A DNA stretch of 64,000 nucleotides from Bigelowiella natans CCMP2755 (GCA_000320545.1 ADNK01001569.1:6376-70375); one strand, 5' to 3'; shown: positions 11,886 to 25,099, counted from the stretch's first letter. Numbers and translations: made by a program. The notes: generated from the sequence alone by a model not told the origin.

Positions 11886-13876
11886 ACAAAATTTCTTCCA
11901 AATATTGCTCTCCTGGATTATAACTGGTAGAACCAGGTACTTGTGGTAATGGCCGCAGAAGAAGCTGCCAGCGTCGTATTCACAGCGACCTGTGCAAAAG
12001 AGACTAGTCCCTTGAATACTAGGTTTTGATGTGTGGTGCTTTGGTTTATATCATATCATATGCCTCTCATACCCTTCCAGCGACATAAATCGCTCCTCCA
12101 GTTCCAGCAGCGAGTGTAGACCCACAGTTGAACCCATACCTTGACCACGATGACGGCAGCAGGGAGGGCGGGGGAGATTACAAGCAGAATCACGAACAGT
12201 AGGAACAAGCACTAGTGTTGATAAGTGTTGATATAGTGAACGATTAGGCTTAGAAATCTAGAAATCAATGAATAGCTTTGTTTATATAACAGCTAGTAGT
12301 AGATGATCTTATCAGTCATTTATAAGCTACCTCTACTACTTCTACAGCTACTACTACTACTACTACTACTACTACCAGCCAAACCAAAGAATAGACACCC
12401 CAAGCGAGCAAAGAAGCTCATTGGATCCCTTAAATTGAGCTTTTACATTATCTCTTGCTCCAAAGAAGCCTTTTCTCGGCCCAATGGCTATGGCTGCTAT
12501 AAGAGCAGAATAGCCACCAACCATGTGTACGACCTAGTATGTTATCGAGAGCCAACGTTAATGCTTTATGTCTGCATTTTGATAAAGTATAGGTGCTTCT
12601 TTATGAATGAATGGATATCAGGAAAATTTGTCACATCACTCCTCTGAGCTGCAGGTGTTGGAATCGTAAAAATTATGGACGTTAATGTTCCCTATTACGA
12701 ATCGGAAAAGTCTCGATGAAACGAGCAAGTGCAGTTGTATTGTTAAAAGAAGTCAAGGTCAAAAATCACCCCTGAGCCAGCGAAGTCCAGGAAGCCATTT
12801 TCCTTTAGAAATCTCTCACCGTCATTGTCGGAGTAAAATGCTGACAGGAACCCAGAGGGCGACCAGACCCAATGGGCGACCACCTGACAATGAAGGGGGT
12901 GGGGGGGACACGATGAAAGTTCCTTTCGTGAAATGTGTTTAGTAGCTTCTTTATGTTATTAGTCAATCTAAATGTTCCATACTGCTGCTGGGGGTATGGC
13001 TGACAAAAGCTATTTAGTCAATGCGATTTGTCTACCAAATGCACTTACTCTCTGCTTTCTTAGGCTGTATTGCTGCTCAGCACATTCCCCATTAGTAGTA
13101 CTACTACTCTCTACAACCGATGTGCTTTATACTCTTCATACCGGATATACGAACGAAGTAAGAACGAAAGTGTACGTCAAATAGCCTTCCACCCTGCATC
13201 GCTCTGCAACCGCACCGGAAACGATTGTCGCGGCAGCAGAAGCGAAGGTCCAATGGAAGAAGAAAAGGTAGAACGGGGAATCGTCTTGGTCGTAAAGAGC
13301 TAGGGCGAAGTTGCTTGCACCGATAAACTCAATATCGTTTCTGGTGTCCCCTGAGGCTATATTCTGGTTTCTACCAATCGCGAAGGGAAAACCGAGGAGG
13401 TAGAAAGCAATACCACCGACCGCAGCATCCATAAGATTTTTGAACAGAATGTTGTTAGTGTTCTTTGGCCGAACACTTCCGGACTCTAACATTGCGAATC
13501 CAGCTTGCATCCCTGATTGTGAAAATCACGGTGTCATTAGGTATAAAGCTTGCTGATGTTGCACAGTATTTCGACTCCTGGTACACGTCAAATGCATGGA
13601 GAATTTCAGCTTAGAATAGGTCCATGTCAAAGCTGATGGTTCGTTTACTTGTACTATTCATAGATATGTGAAAGTAAACTTACAGAAAACCATAAACCCA
13701 CAGATCAAGATCCATAGAGTGTCTGTGACTTTATTCAGGCCTTCAACATCGGTGCTTGTTGCCATTGATATGTCAGCTGCATCTGCGACTCCTGTAGCAT
13801 TCACGCAGAGATACTTAAATCCAGAAGCTCCATCCGAGGAGGTGCTGGCGTAGATGCACGTGGTTGACGAAGACAT
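10041..13876 (-). CDS. AMT1: Ammonium transporter, AMT1 family (multi-exon)
   Basis: Spliced motifs: [70 protein letters not shown] (His1), [56 protein letters not shown] (His2), [18 protein letters not shown]. The 3' end is either the stop at 10320 or a further exon ending at 10041. Confidence 0.97.
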
Positions 13877-15335
13877 AAAAAGGAAATGTTATGGGACAGC
13901 ACGGCTGCCTGATGGGGTTCCAGGGATTATAGCTACTATGTGCACAAAAGGTAGCTTGCCGTGCGACTCGCCGTCAGAATAAGAAATGCCCTTTTTCACC
14001 ATCGTAGGATAAAACCGGCAGTCGAGGTAACTGCACATCATGCTCGCCGATTGAGAGATGACGTAGCCGTACTTGAATCTGTATTTTGTTCTGCGACAAG
14101 GTCATTTCTTTGTCGCAAGATAAAATCCACTGTTATTTTAACTGAAATTAACGCTATTTGATGGGCGTCATCCCATCAATCCCATCAAACGTTGCTGTAC
14201 CATTGCGCGGAAACACGACGTAGAAACGCTGGTAACGTGTTACAGTTTCCGCACTGGGTAGTCTGTCTGTAGACCATACAATTGGATAGATCCGACGAAT
14301 CTTCAATTCGGAGCAGGGAAAAGTCACGCCCAAACCTTCACCCTGAATTGGCCTCCAACCGTTTATTATCGGAGGCTGTGTTTTTAGTCAGAATCCTTGG
14401 ATCTAAGCGAGCGCCAAGTTCCTGATGGGCTGTAAAGTCTCACTCACGAACGATTATAGCCGTGAGTTTTACTTCGAGCTTAGGTTTGTTGGTCATCACG
14501 AGAAAGAGAGGGGTATGAGCTTAAACCTAAAAATCCTGTCTTTCAAATAGGGATGACAACGGCAAACCGATTCCACAGTTCAAGTGCAAACTAGATCCAG
14601 AGGCCAAGATTATTCTTGATGCGTCTTCTTTAGTCCCCTTCAGACTCTACACTCTAGAAATGACGGGAAAAGGCGAAGGCATTGGCTCGCAAAATCATAT
14701 AAAGTTCTATGCATGGCAACAACCAAATATGTGGAAAGTCGGTGCGTCACGGCTGCGAAAGACTTCAACGGCCTCGATACTTCATTTTAAGGAAGGCCAA
14801 TTCCTCGTTAGAAAGGTCGTTGTCTTTTCTGGGAGCGTTTCATATCCTAAATTATCCCTTTTCACTATCCCTATCACGTATCATTGGATCTATGATTTGC
14901 AATTCTTAATTAATAGATTTATCATTCTTAGATTCTTCCAGGAGTCCGAATAGCTGATCGCGAAAGCTACGGAGTGTTGTACCGTAGATGTTTTGCTGCA
15001 AATGAACTAGTTACATATCTTCTTCTGAATCATGTTGTTAAGAGGTAATTCCATTTGTATTTATCCATAAGAGCATGTGAGCATGTTACTTGAGCTTTTC
15101 TCTCACAGCTAAGAACTTGCCTATCGACACGCTAACTCAGTCCCGGAAAGGCCGTGGAATTATGCCAACGTCTCTGCGATATGCATGTATTTATTCATGT
15201 TACAGCGCGACAGGAGTTTAGCATCAGCTTTCTCCTCTTACAACTGAACGAAAAACATCCTTTCGTCGGAGGTAGCAGCACATCGGTATTAATAAAAAAT
15301 TACATGCCTAGATGTAACTTATATCACACACACAT

Positions 15336-15368
<33 letters not shown>

Positions 15369-15725
15369 CACACACCAACCCAAACATGCAAACAAACAAA
15401 GCAACACATATTGTTGTACCAGTTGAAGTTTCATTGATACGGATTCTACTCTTCATATAATGATCCTTTATGTCCGAAGGAATTGGGCATTTACAGCGCA
15501 GCGCTCAGACGATGGATGAAAGCACTCTTTATCGATTTGCCTTACGACTTGACACATGCTCAACACAACTCTCCCTCTTGAATAAGGTACTTCTAAACGT
15601 GACGAGGGGAGTATGACCGTTTTTCTGTGTAAATTGAAGATGGTGTAGTGTTCGTTCTTTCCCTAGAAGTCCTTCCGTTGTCACAACTTTTTCCATTGCA
15701 AATCGTATTTGCGAATTTACAGGCG

Positions 15726-16184
15726 ATGGAGGGGTGGTTGGCAAAAAAAGGAGCATTGAGCTATAGTGTGAAGTTCTACCGCATTCTACCGTTGGAAGAA
15801 AGAGACTACGAGGAGAAGCATAACCATGACTCTCAGAAGAAACGCTTTGAGCTTGCTTGCTTTGAGGACGAGGTTTACGTTTTAAATCTTTTAAGTATAT
15901 ACCAACGCTTCGAGACGTTTGCTATCCGCACACTTCGATGAGTGTCGTTATGATAGTTGTTGCACATGACCATCATCATCTCATTTTCAGGTTTCTCTAA
16001 AGCCACTGCATCGCATTCCTATGAACGATGTGGAGATGATTATTGGGGATCTTACCAAGCGACTGATAACTGTGGAGTATTACAGCTCAAATTCGAACAA
16101 AAAAAAGAAACTTGTGCTGAAGTGTTCAAACAACGAGATATGGTTCAGGTTGAAATTTTAATACAATGGCAATGTGCCGTGCAG

Positions 16185-16223
<39 letters not shown>

Positions 16224-17848
16224 ATCCCTCATCTAACATGGAAATACTGAAATGCGAATATTCTTCCCCACCGTGGATCCCGTCCGTCAAATCACAACTC
16301 AAAGCTTATCGCATTTGTTATTAATTTGATGTTTAAGATGGTCAATCATACTCAAGAAATTCGCAAAGAAGCTTACACCGTACGACACCTTGGCAAAAAC
16401 CGGACTTCGATGCGCTCTTTCTGAAAAAGCTTTGAAGCACCTAGCAAAGCATGTATCTAAAAAGAAGATCAAAAAGGGCACCTGCCTAGCGAAAAAGGGA
16501 GAGGTAATGTCAGAACACAAATGTCAATGATTGATAGTGATGGTGGAGGCGGTGCAGCTTCTTTCTTGAGAGAGCCCATAATTCTTTGTTGAGGGAGCTG
16601 GTACACATTCTTTGAATCGTATCATGGCATCTTGATTTCGAACGGCATCACACTCACACTTCGCCTCCTTCTTCCTAATGATCCCCATAGGTCCCCAAAG
16701 AGTTTATTATTGTGTCCAAGGGTTCTCTTGGTATTTTCGTTCCGAATAACAGCAGTAGCAAAGGCGGTGACAACGATGATGACTCAAAGGAGACTAAAAG
16801 GGCGCCTATCTCATCGTCTAATCGAGTGTTAGTTTCGAAGCGCAACGCATGCGACGTTTTCGGAGAGAGCATGTTTATGTCCCATCCTAACCCGTACCGC
16901 TCATGTGAAGCTTTGGAGGATTCTGAGGTTTATACGCATCATCATCAACGATCATCATCACTTGATAGATTCCACCCTAAAACGATATGAAGCCAAAATG
17001 CTCACGGTTTCCAAAGGTTTTGGCACTCGGGGCTAGAGCACTTGAGCAATTTCTGGGGAAGTTTGCGGAGGCTCGGCGGCAACTCACGGGATTGTTTGAG
17101 TCTAAGATCTCTGAGAGTATCGAGGTAGGTTGACTATGATAATGACGAGGAAGATGGTCTTTGAAATGATAACATTCATCCAGAAAGCTTTGTTTCCGTT
17201 GTGGATATAAAGTATATTGCGTCAGTCGGGGACATCAAATATGTTAATTTTGCTGTTTTAATTTGAACATACTTCTGCACACATGGTGATTAATGATCAG
17301 ATGGTCTCAATCTTCAAAAACCTTCCGCTAGCTCATAAGCAACAATTGCGTCTATGTTTCAACTACTCCAACTTCATCAAAGGAGAAACGATTTTCGAGG
17401 AAAAAAAACATGGATCAAGCATGTACATTGTCGTTGAAGGAGAGGTGGGTAGAATCATGAAGCTTTCCTTTGCCCATACCGTATCGCACGCACAAGTGGT
17501 GGCGTAGAGTTGTATATTCCCATCGTGTTTGTCGGAATTATAAAGCACACACGTACACCACTGAAGATATGTGCTTCATGGTAGAATAAAAGTTGTGTTG
17601 TGGTTGTTAGTTGTAGTCATAATAGTAGCCATGCCTAAGGGTTTCTCTTGGAAAAGAAGTGTCAATTAAAACACAATCATTTCCCTAAGAGTGAGTATGT
17701 TTTGAGTGCAGCCTGTATATCGTATGTCCATGCGTGTGTGTATGTGTATGTTATGACATACAAATGCAAGAAGATTCAAACTTCCTACTAATTTCTCATC
17801 ACACTACATGTACAATATTTCACTAAAACGATTCGAAGCAATCATTTG

Positions 17849-17887
<39 letters not shown>

Positions 17888-19616
17888 GTTGAAGCGACGT
17901 ATTTCGATAGTCAGGATGGGGTGGAAATGTACGTGAATCGCTATGACAAAGGATCTGTGTTCGGAGAGATGCAGGTTATTCAGCCTGGATCTCGGACAAA
18001 TACCATGAAGGCAGTGTCAGATTCACTTCTTTTAGAGATACAATCGAAGGATTTTCACGCAATTACAAATCTGCTAAAGATCAAACACATCAAACTGATG
18101 GGCAATAAGATTGCTGACGCCCTTTGCTATTGCGAGCTGTTCTCAGCTCTTCCAAAGGAAGATCTAGCAGACATCACGAATGAGTGAGTATTCGATAGCG
18201 AAAATGGGGAGCAGTGAAACGATGATGAAAGTGAGATAGTGGAAGAAGGGCGGACAATTTCTTACGTAGTTTTTTGTTGTTTATAGACACGGATTCTTAC
18301 AATGCTTCGAGGCTGAGGAGGTTATCTTCAAGCAGGGTGAAGTTGGCGAGAGGTCTTCCACATACATTCCACATGTAATGATAGGTGCAGCAGTCGATTC
18401 AATTTATAATAATTTCGAGGACGCTGCCTTGATTAGTCTTGATATCGTAGTTTGGACTGTTTGGAAATAGGTTTTATCTTATTCTCACCGGAGAACTCGA
18501 GGTTTTCATCGATGACCAGGTCGTTAATCAATTGGGCCCGGGGGAATTCTTTGGCGAAATTGCGCTGGCTGTGAAGCATATGACAAGTAAGATAAAAAGA
18601 AGAAGGAAATTAAGAAGAAAGGGGAGAAATAGGAGGAAGGGAAAAACATAAAAAGAGAGCTAGGCTATTCTAATTTGAGCAGTTCATGACAATTAATGGA
18701 ATGTAAACAAATTCAGGATCAATCAACCCATCGCCATCGTCACAATCATCATTATCATCACTGTATAAAGATAGCATATTAATTAATCACATTGTGAACG
18801 GTTTGAAAGTAGAATCGCCTGATGATCAGCATTAACGACTCTCCGCTACCATCAGGAACCGCGACGGTAAAATGCTTGACATCTACGTTTCTTTTTGTAA
18901 TCGAGAAGTCTAGCTTCAAGAAGCTGTTCTTGAAAAAGTCAAAGGCTAATGTGTCTATCATCGAGCTACGCATTGCTGGCGATGCATGTGACCTCCGCTC
19001 CATAATCTACCACCCCAAAGGATACCTTTTCTTTGAGAATTTTCTCGAGACAAAAGACCGAGGCAGCATGCTTAGATTTTGGGATGATTGCCGAAAGTTC
19101 CGCCTTTGGGCTGCAACGAAGGATCTATTAGACAACGGGTCGCAAGTTGTGACTAAACGCGCTAAGGAAATCTATGATAAATACGAGAAAGAGGAAATGC
19201 TTGGGCAGCTGCAGTTGTCTGACTACAAGGGTATTAAAGAGGATATCACCAATGGCGATGCCGACGCATTAACCTTTTGTACGGTTGAGAAAGAGATCAT
19301 GTCACAGATGTCCGATATGTACTTAGAGAGCTTCAAAGCGAGCACCTTCTTCCTACGTTTAATGAATACCGTCGCAGGAAGTTATAGAGTGGATTCGGAT
19401 ATAAAGAAGATGTACGTTAGCCGTCATTCAAGAAACACCCGCTCGCATATGTCAATATCGGGTATTATTCCTCCTCAGCTGGGAAGTGCCGCTTATGCTA
19501 ACCAGCATCGCGCCAGAAATCTGTCAAGCACATCATTTGGATTGAGATCTATGAATTCACGCACCTCACTCGGTACTAATTCTGTGGTAAATAAGGCAGA
19601 TAGCATTGTTGACTAG
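15726..19616 (+). CDS. PH domain + three cyclic-nucleotide-binding domains + RGS-homology domain protein
   Basis: PH: MEGWLAKKG..KLVLKCSNNEIWFRWSIILKKF (15726-16370, in-phase splices). cNMP1: GSLGIFV..DVFGESMF (16712-16930). cNMP2: KGETIFEE..MYIVVEGEV..FGEMQVIQPGSRTNTMKA. cNMP3: VIFKQGEVGERFYLILTGELEV..FFGEIALAVKHMTRTATVKC. RGS: LRSIIYHPKGYLFFENFLETKDRGSMLRFWDDCRKF..AKEIYDKY..SFKASTFF (18990-19350). Stop TAG at 19616. Confidence 0.88.
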
Positions 19617-19619
19617 CAG

Positions 19620-20260
19620 AATGTCGAGTGAGATTAGTTGTACTGTTAGAGTACACCGTTTCGTTACAAGGCGCTGCCAAGCTAGCTAGTTAGCCATGAT
19701 AGTTGTGTACGCAAACAAGCTAGCAAGGCTAGATTTTCAAATTTTATAAAAAGCGAGTATTTCGTCTTGTAATGCGTTGTCATGAGCACTAGCTAGCTAG
19801 AGCACATTACGATTTTCATGGCAAGCAGCGATTCAGAACTAAAATCTCGCTGTTGAAGCATTGCAATTACACATGTTTCTGTATATTCACATAGTCATCG
19901 ATGATCATACTTCTGCGATCTAGCCAGCTACGCTAGCTATGTGTGTCTACAAGCTGTGTGCAATGAGCTGCATTGTCGATGGCAGCGGCATGGCAGCAGT
20001 AATGATAAATTATTCAAAAGTGTTATATGTCTGCTAGGTGTATGTCGTCAGATGTGGTTTTAGGTTTCCTTCGATATATAGTTTATTAGGTGTAGCATCT
20101 GCGATGGAGCATCCTAGAGTACAAGTGACTGATTGCGTACGCAGCACCATGTACAGCGCATTAATAACATGGGCAGACTAGACCAATATCTAGATATGGC
20201 GACACGATACGATATACTTAACTTCATAATTTTTATGAAATGATTCAGTTATTACACGTA
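19620..20260. repeat. Palindromic-word tract between convergent RGS and UsgS-like gene ends
   Basis: gctagctag at 19681, CTAGCTAGCTAG at 19789-19800, cgctagcta at about 19931. Confidence 0.7.
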
Positions 20261-20273
20261 CGTAGTCGAACTA

Positions 20274-22124
20274 CTACTTTCCCTTTCTTTCTTCCTTGAG
20301 CAAACTCAGGAGGAGGTGCACCGCTGCTGCCTCCATAAATTGCCATGCACATAACCCAAACATGGGTACGGAGAGAATCAGTAACCAGGGTGTCGCAAAT
20401 GCCATGATAGTGGCACGGTATCGAGTGACTAAATCGCCCTTCTCTCCGCCGTCATCAGATTTCTCATGATATTGCTCCATGCTCTTTCGTTTCATAACAT
20501 ATGGGGAGAGTAGCTCGTAGCTGAGGCAGATTGCTGCGCTTTGGAGTGCCAACACCCATGTTGACCACCCCGTGGGCAATGCGAAGCTCACGACCAAAAA
20601 TACCACATTCATGGCCTCCAGTCGCTTCCAATAAGGCCGTGACAGCTTAAAGTATACAACGGCTGATGCGACTAGCCGTCCAAGTATAGGAACGAACCTA
20701 AGAGTGAAGGCCCCATGTTATCACCATTGGAGGGAACACTAAAGCTTCTTCGTCGTTGTTATACTAGACGATAAATTCACATGATTCATTGCGAGACCAA
20801 CAGGTTGCCATTTTTGGTTTTGGGGTGGAGGTTCATATTTTGGGGTAAGGACGTGTAGTATTACGTGAGTAGATACACAAGGAGAAGAATTGGGATCTGG
20901 CTGCCGAGCCTGTAGACCTGTTTATCAGAATTCCATAGTAACATTCACAAGAAGGTCATCTGATCTAATGGTGATGATGAAGATAGAGGGGGGCGTTGCT
21001 GGTGATTGTGAAGGGGAAATTGGTTCGGTGTAATAGCGCTAGTGGAAAATTGACTATGTAATAGAAGTCACATCGACATAAATAGTCGGCTACCGTACCA
21101 TATTTGCAATTGATTCACATGTTCCCAACTTCGGAGCCTTTTCGAGTCTTTAAACCGATTTTCCGACCGAGTAACGAGTGAAATTACCATCACCACCACC
21201 ATAACCATCCCAAATTTCAGCAAAGAAGAGGAAATGTGGATAAATTAATGAAATAAAAAAAGAGTGGCAATCCTCGAAGGACAGCATAATGGCCCTTTAG
21301 TTTGACGACCTGTCGGCAAATTCAGGATCAAGTTTCTTTAACGTTCTAATGAAGGTCTAGATATACAGGGATATAAAATGAAAAGAATGCCGCTAATAAA
21401 CGAATCAAAATTAATTCCGACGTAGCAATCAACCTTTGATCCTGTAATGGTTCGAATGGCGAAAAGACCGACAGGAGGCACAACCCAGAAACTAAAACGG
21501 AGAGATGCTAGGGAGAAAGATACGAATCAAATTTTAAATGAACCTTGGAGATTCGTTTTCAATTCGGTGATGACGGAGATGTTAAGAGTGGCAGTTTCGA
21601 GTTTGCTTCTGAGTACCATAGACGGCCTCTTTAAAGGTAACACCCATATCGTATCCACTCACGGCGGCGGCTAGTTTCAAAAGAAGCTAACAATACACCA
21701 CCATCATTAGAACACCTACCTGTTTGGAACAATTAAAAGGTAGTTGAAGGAGAACATCGGTGATGAAAACATTTGCTCTCTACTATCATCGATATGTTGC
21801 TTTCGATTAAGAACCACGATAGGGAAGCTCAGGAAGGCAAGTAGGACGTTGATGCCAACAGCAACACCAAAGCACCATATTAATCCCGATTTCTGTACCA
21901 GGGTAAGGTTTAAGGCATCAGCTTAATGTAGAGTGTCTACATCGGAAAATTTCATATCCGTCATTTCTTCCTTTCCTCCCTGCTGTCCCCAAAACAAGCG
22001 CAATTTTCCCTCTCTTAGGAAACAGTACCGCTTCTTTCACAGTTTCGGGATCTTGAATAGCCGCATGAGCACCTTTGAAGGCTTCGGCAACTCCCTTGGA
22101 GTACTGAGCCGCTTGCGATGCCAT
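20274..22124 (-). CDS. UsgS/EI24-like multi-pass membrane protein
   Basis: Start MASQAAQYSKGVAEAFKGAHAAIQDP. Later exons FVPILGRLVASAVV and LSYELLSPYVMKR..YRATIMAFATPWLLILSVPMFGLCAWQFMEAAAVHLL. From memory these resemble the fungal UsgS/EI24 patterns GAHRALQNP, (Y/F)xPxxGR and LSRELLxPYF; no search was run. Confidence 0.6.
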
Positions 22125-22527
22125 TTCGAGCACACACGAACCTTGGTGGTTGTTGTTGTGATAGATTTTCTTCCTGGATTTACTTGGATTTACTTCCTGT
22201 TTACCATGTCGCAGAGCATAAACGAATTCCGATTTCAAATATTTCTTCCTTTTTTTTCTGAAACAGTAGTCCTTCTCGCATTAGGAACTACTTGGTTTAG
22301 CTGTGGCAGGAGAGAATGCATGTTTATTGCTTAGATTTCTGACAGAATCCATAATTCGAGTTCTGCCGGGTTTTGAGGCAAAGCTGCGAGGACACAGCAT
22401 TCTGCGACAACAATATTCATCACAGGAAAGAGCAAAAAGCCTCTCATTCTGAGATAGCGACAACGATGCGACGAAGGTAAAAGCAGCAGCGACGACAACA
22501 ACAATTACAACAACGACGCTGTGCACC
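22125..22527. promoter_or_regulatory. Putative short bidirectional promoter (UsgS-like / methyltransferase)
   Basis: Divergent start codons about 400 bp apart. This is inferred from geometry only; I identified no motif. Confidence 0.45.
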
Positions 22528-22996
22528 ATGGGTACCTCCCCACAACGGGGAGTCATCTTTTTAAGTAGTGTAGCAGCCCTTTGGGGATTGATGATTTTGC
22601 AGCAGCAGCAACAGCAGCGGCAACATCAGCAGACATTACTCCTCGAAGCTATTCGCTTGCGCTGCTTTGATCCAAACGCTGCAGCATCTTCTTCAAGTAG
22701 GATCGTATCCCAGAGACGTGCCGAAGCTACCAATAGATTCAGACACGACAAACGATTATTGCAAAGACGCAGTACTCAATTTTCATCTACAAATGCTCCT
22801 AGAAGTAGAGTTCCTAGAAGTAGAGTTGGAGCTGATGATGCTGACTTGTTAGACAGCAAGCTCACCGAGCAAATAGGTATGGTACTTACGACACAGCAGT
22901 AGTAGTTATGTATGAAATTATAGAGATAACTTCCTGGAAAAATGTCGTAGTGTCAGCGAACGTTGTAATTTCAGTTCAGGCATCGTTTCACACGGT

Positions 22997-23042
<46 letters not shown>

Positions 23043-24860
23043 TAAAGATTCTTCTTCTAGAGAACATCTCTGTGCTGTTTGTTTGGACAATAGTGGAGGT
23101 TACCGATGATATAAGCGTATGCTTGTTGGAAGCTGGAGAAGCAATGCAAGAGAATATGGTGGAGGAAGCGATGGAGACTAACGACAAACTCTCCTCGCCC
23201 AAATCAGATCCGTATGGCGCAGGTGACTTTTTGTATTGTATTATAGTTTACCTTGCTGCCTGGAAAGGAGATAGAGATTACCTATTTGGTTTTGGGTGCA
23301 TTTATATACCGCATACGACTGAAAATTATATGTGCCTTGTAACTTATTCATTCCTATTATTATCAACATCACAGTGCTTTGGCCAGCTGCTTTGGTTGCG
23401 TCGAGGCGCTTGCTCCAGCTCATCGAAAGCCTTAAGAACGATGGCGCTCACGGTGAACAAGCTGTTTTCTAGCACCAGTCTCTTTGTTAAAATTAAGAAG
23501 ATGATAGCGTGATAGCATCTAAAACGATTTTCATTCGACCACTATTTTTTTTTTCCTTGTATCATGTCAATTATGCTGCAACTTGCAGCTCCCTTCGTAG
23601 ACGAATACATTTTCATCACATTGGTCCTCCAAAGTTTGGATGATTGAGTGCACTTGTGTGGTTTTTTACAGGATCGAAGAAAGAGGCGATATCTGTTCTT
23701 GAGCTCGGGTCGGGAACAGGCCTTTCTACTCTCGCAGCAGCACGTATGCGACTAAATGCTTTCTGTTTGTCCTCGCTGCACTTTCCACAAACAGCTTGAT
23801 CATAAATCATTTTCTTTTCTGTGACCGAGCCTCCTCTTTCTATTCGTACGATCCAGAAGCTTCATTTGATAGTAGGTTTGATTGGTGATAGCTATTCTGT
23901 GCTGCTGGTGTTGTTGCTAGTAAAAGGCAGCCCTGTCCTTGCCACTGATTTCCAGCCTGTAACGCTCGATATTCTCAACAAGTAATACTACTACTACAAC
24001 AACAACAACAACAACAACAACATCTACTAGTAGTGCTACTCGGAGACTTACAACTCGCACATAAAGCACTCTCACCACTCGTCGTAAAGTTGTGATCTGG
24101 TTATAGCTAACTATATAACCGTTTTTAGGGCCGTCTCTCTCAATGCCATTAAGCGGAACTTGAATGCGAGCTTGGTAGAGACAGCCTTGTTTGACTTCTC
24201 TGATATGACGAAGGCCCTCCCAGAAGGGGATATCGTGGTAGCTGCTGATGTTCTCTACTACAAAGAGACTGCAGAGGTAGTAGCAGTAGTATTAGTTGTA
24301 GTCTGCTAACTGTGGGCGTGTGCCTTGTCTCCAAAGCATGCATCATCTTCTCGCTATTAGCTGAAAATGTTTCAATAAATGGCTTCGTCCTGAAATTCCA
24401 TTTGCGTACAATTATTGATTTTTTGTCATCAGCGTGTGTTGGTGACTACAACAGCACATAAATTCCAATGAGCGTCACTCAAAGTAGAAATGTCTTGCAA
24501 TTCTCATTTGCAGGCTCTCGCAGCGCGTTGTGTTGAGGCTTCTCGTCGTGGATCCTGGGTTATTGTCGCAGATAAGGATCGGCCTGCACGACCGACATTC
24601 TTAAGGTACAAGGGATGGAGCGCTGTGTATACACGTATTGTGCAAGTTACGATAAATGTGTGTTGCTAACGATGCAGCGAACTAAGGAGAAAGGGCATTC
24701 ACAATCCGGCATTTATGAATGTAACAGGAAAGGTAATTGCTCCGCACGAATGAATGATGCTAAATAGCAACCGTACTGAGAGAGAGTAAACTATGGTACA
24801 TTAATACATGGATACACCGATGTCACACACAACCTAGTGGTCATCTCTTTCCATCGCAAT

Positions 24861-24900
<40 letters not shown>

Positions 24901-25065
24901 ATATTATATGCACTAACAAACACATCTCCATTTTCGTTGTAAACACCATTTGATTACAAGGCTTGCGTGGGACATCGAAATTGGGTGATTGCTGAGGAAA
25001 ATGCCTTGCCTAAGGATATCATCGTTGGTTTGTTTGTACTTCCCCCTGCAACCAGTGAGCAATGA
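22528..25065 (+). CDS. Class I SAM-dependent protein-lysine methyltransferase (Methyltransf_16 / METTL21-ETFBKMT-like) with long N-terminal presequence
   Basis: Spliced motifs DPYGAVLWPAA, VLELGSGTGLSTLAAA (motif I), VLATDFQP, DIVVAADVLYY, WVIVADKDRPAR. Stop TGA at 25063-25065. Confidence 0.9.
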
Positions 25066-25099
25066 GTATTCTATTCTCTTAATTCTAATAACTTTGTGT

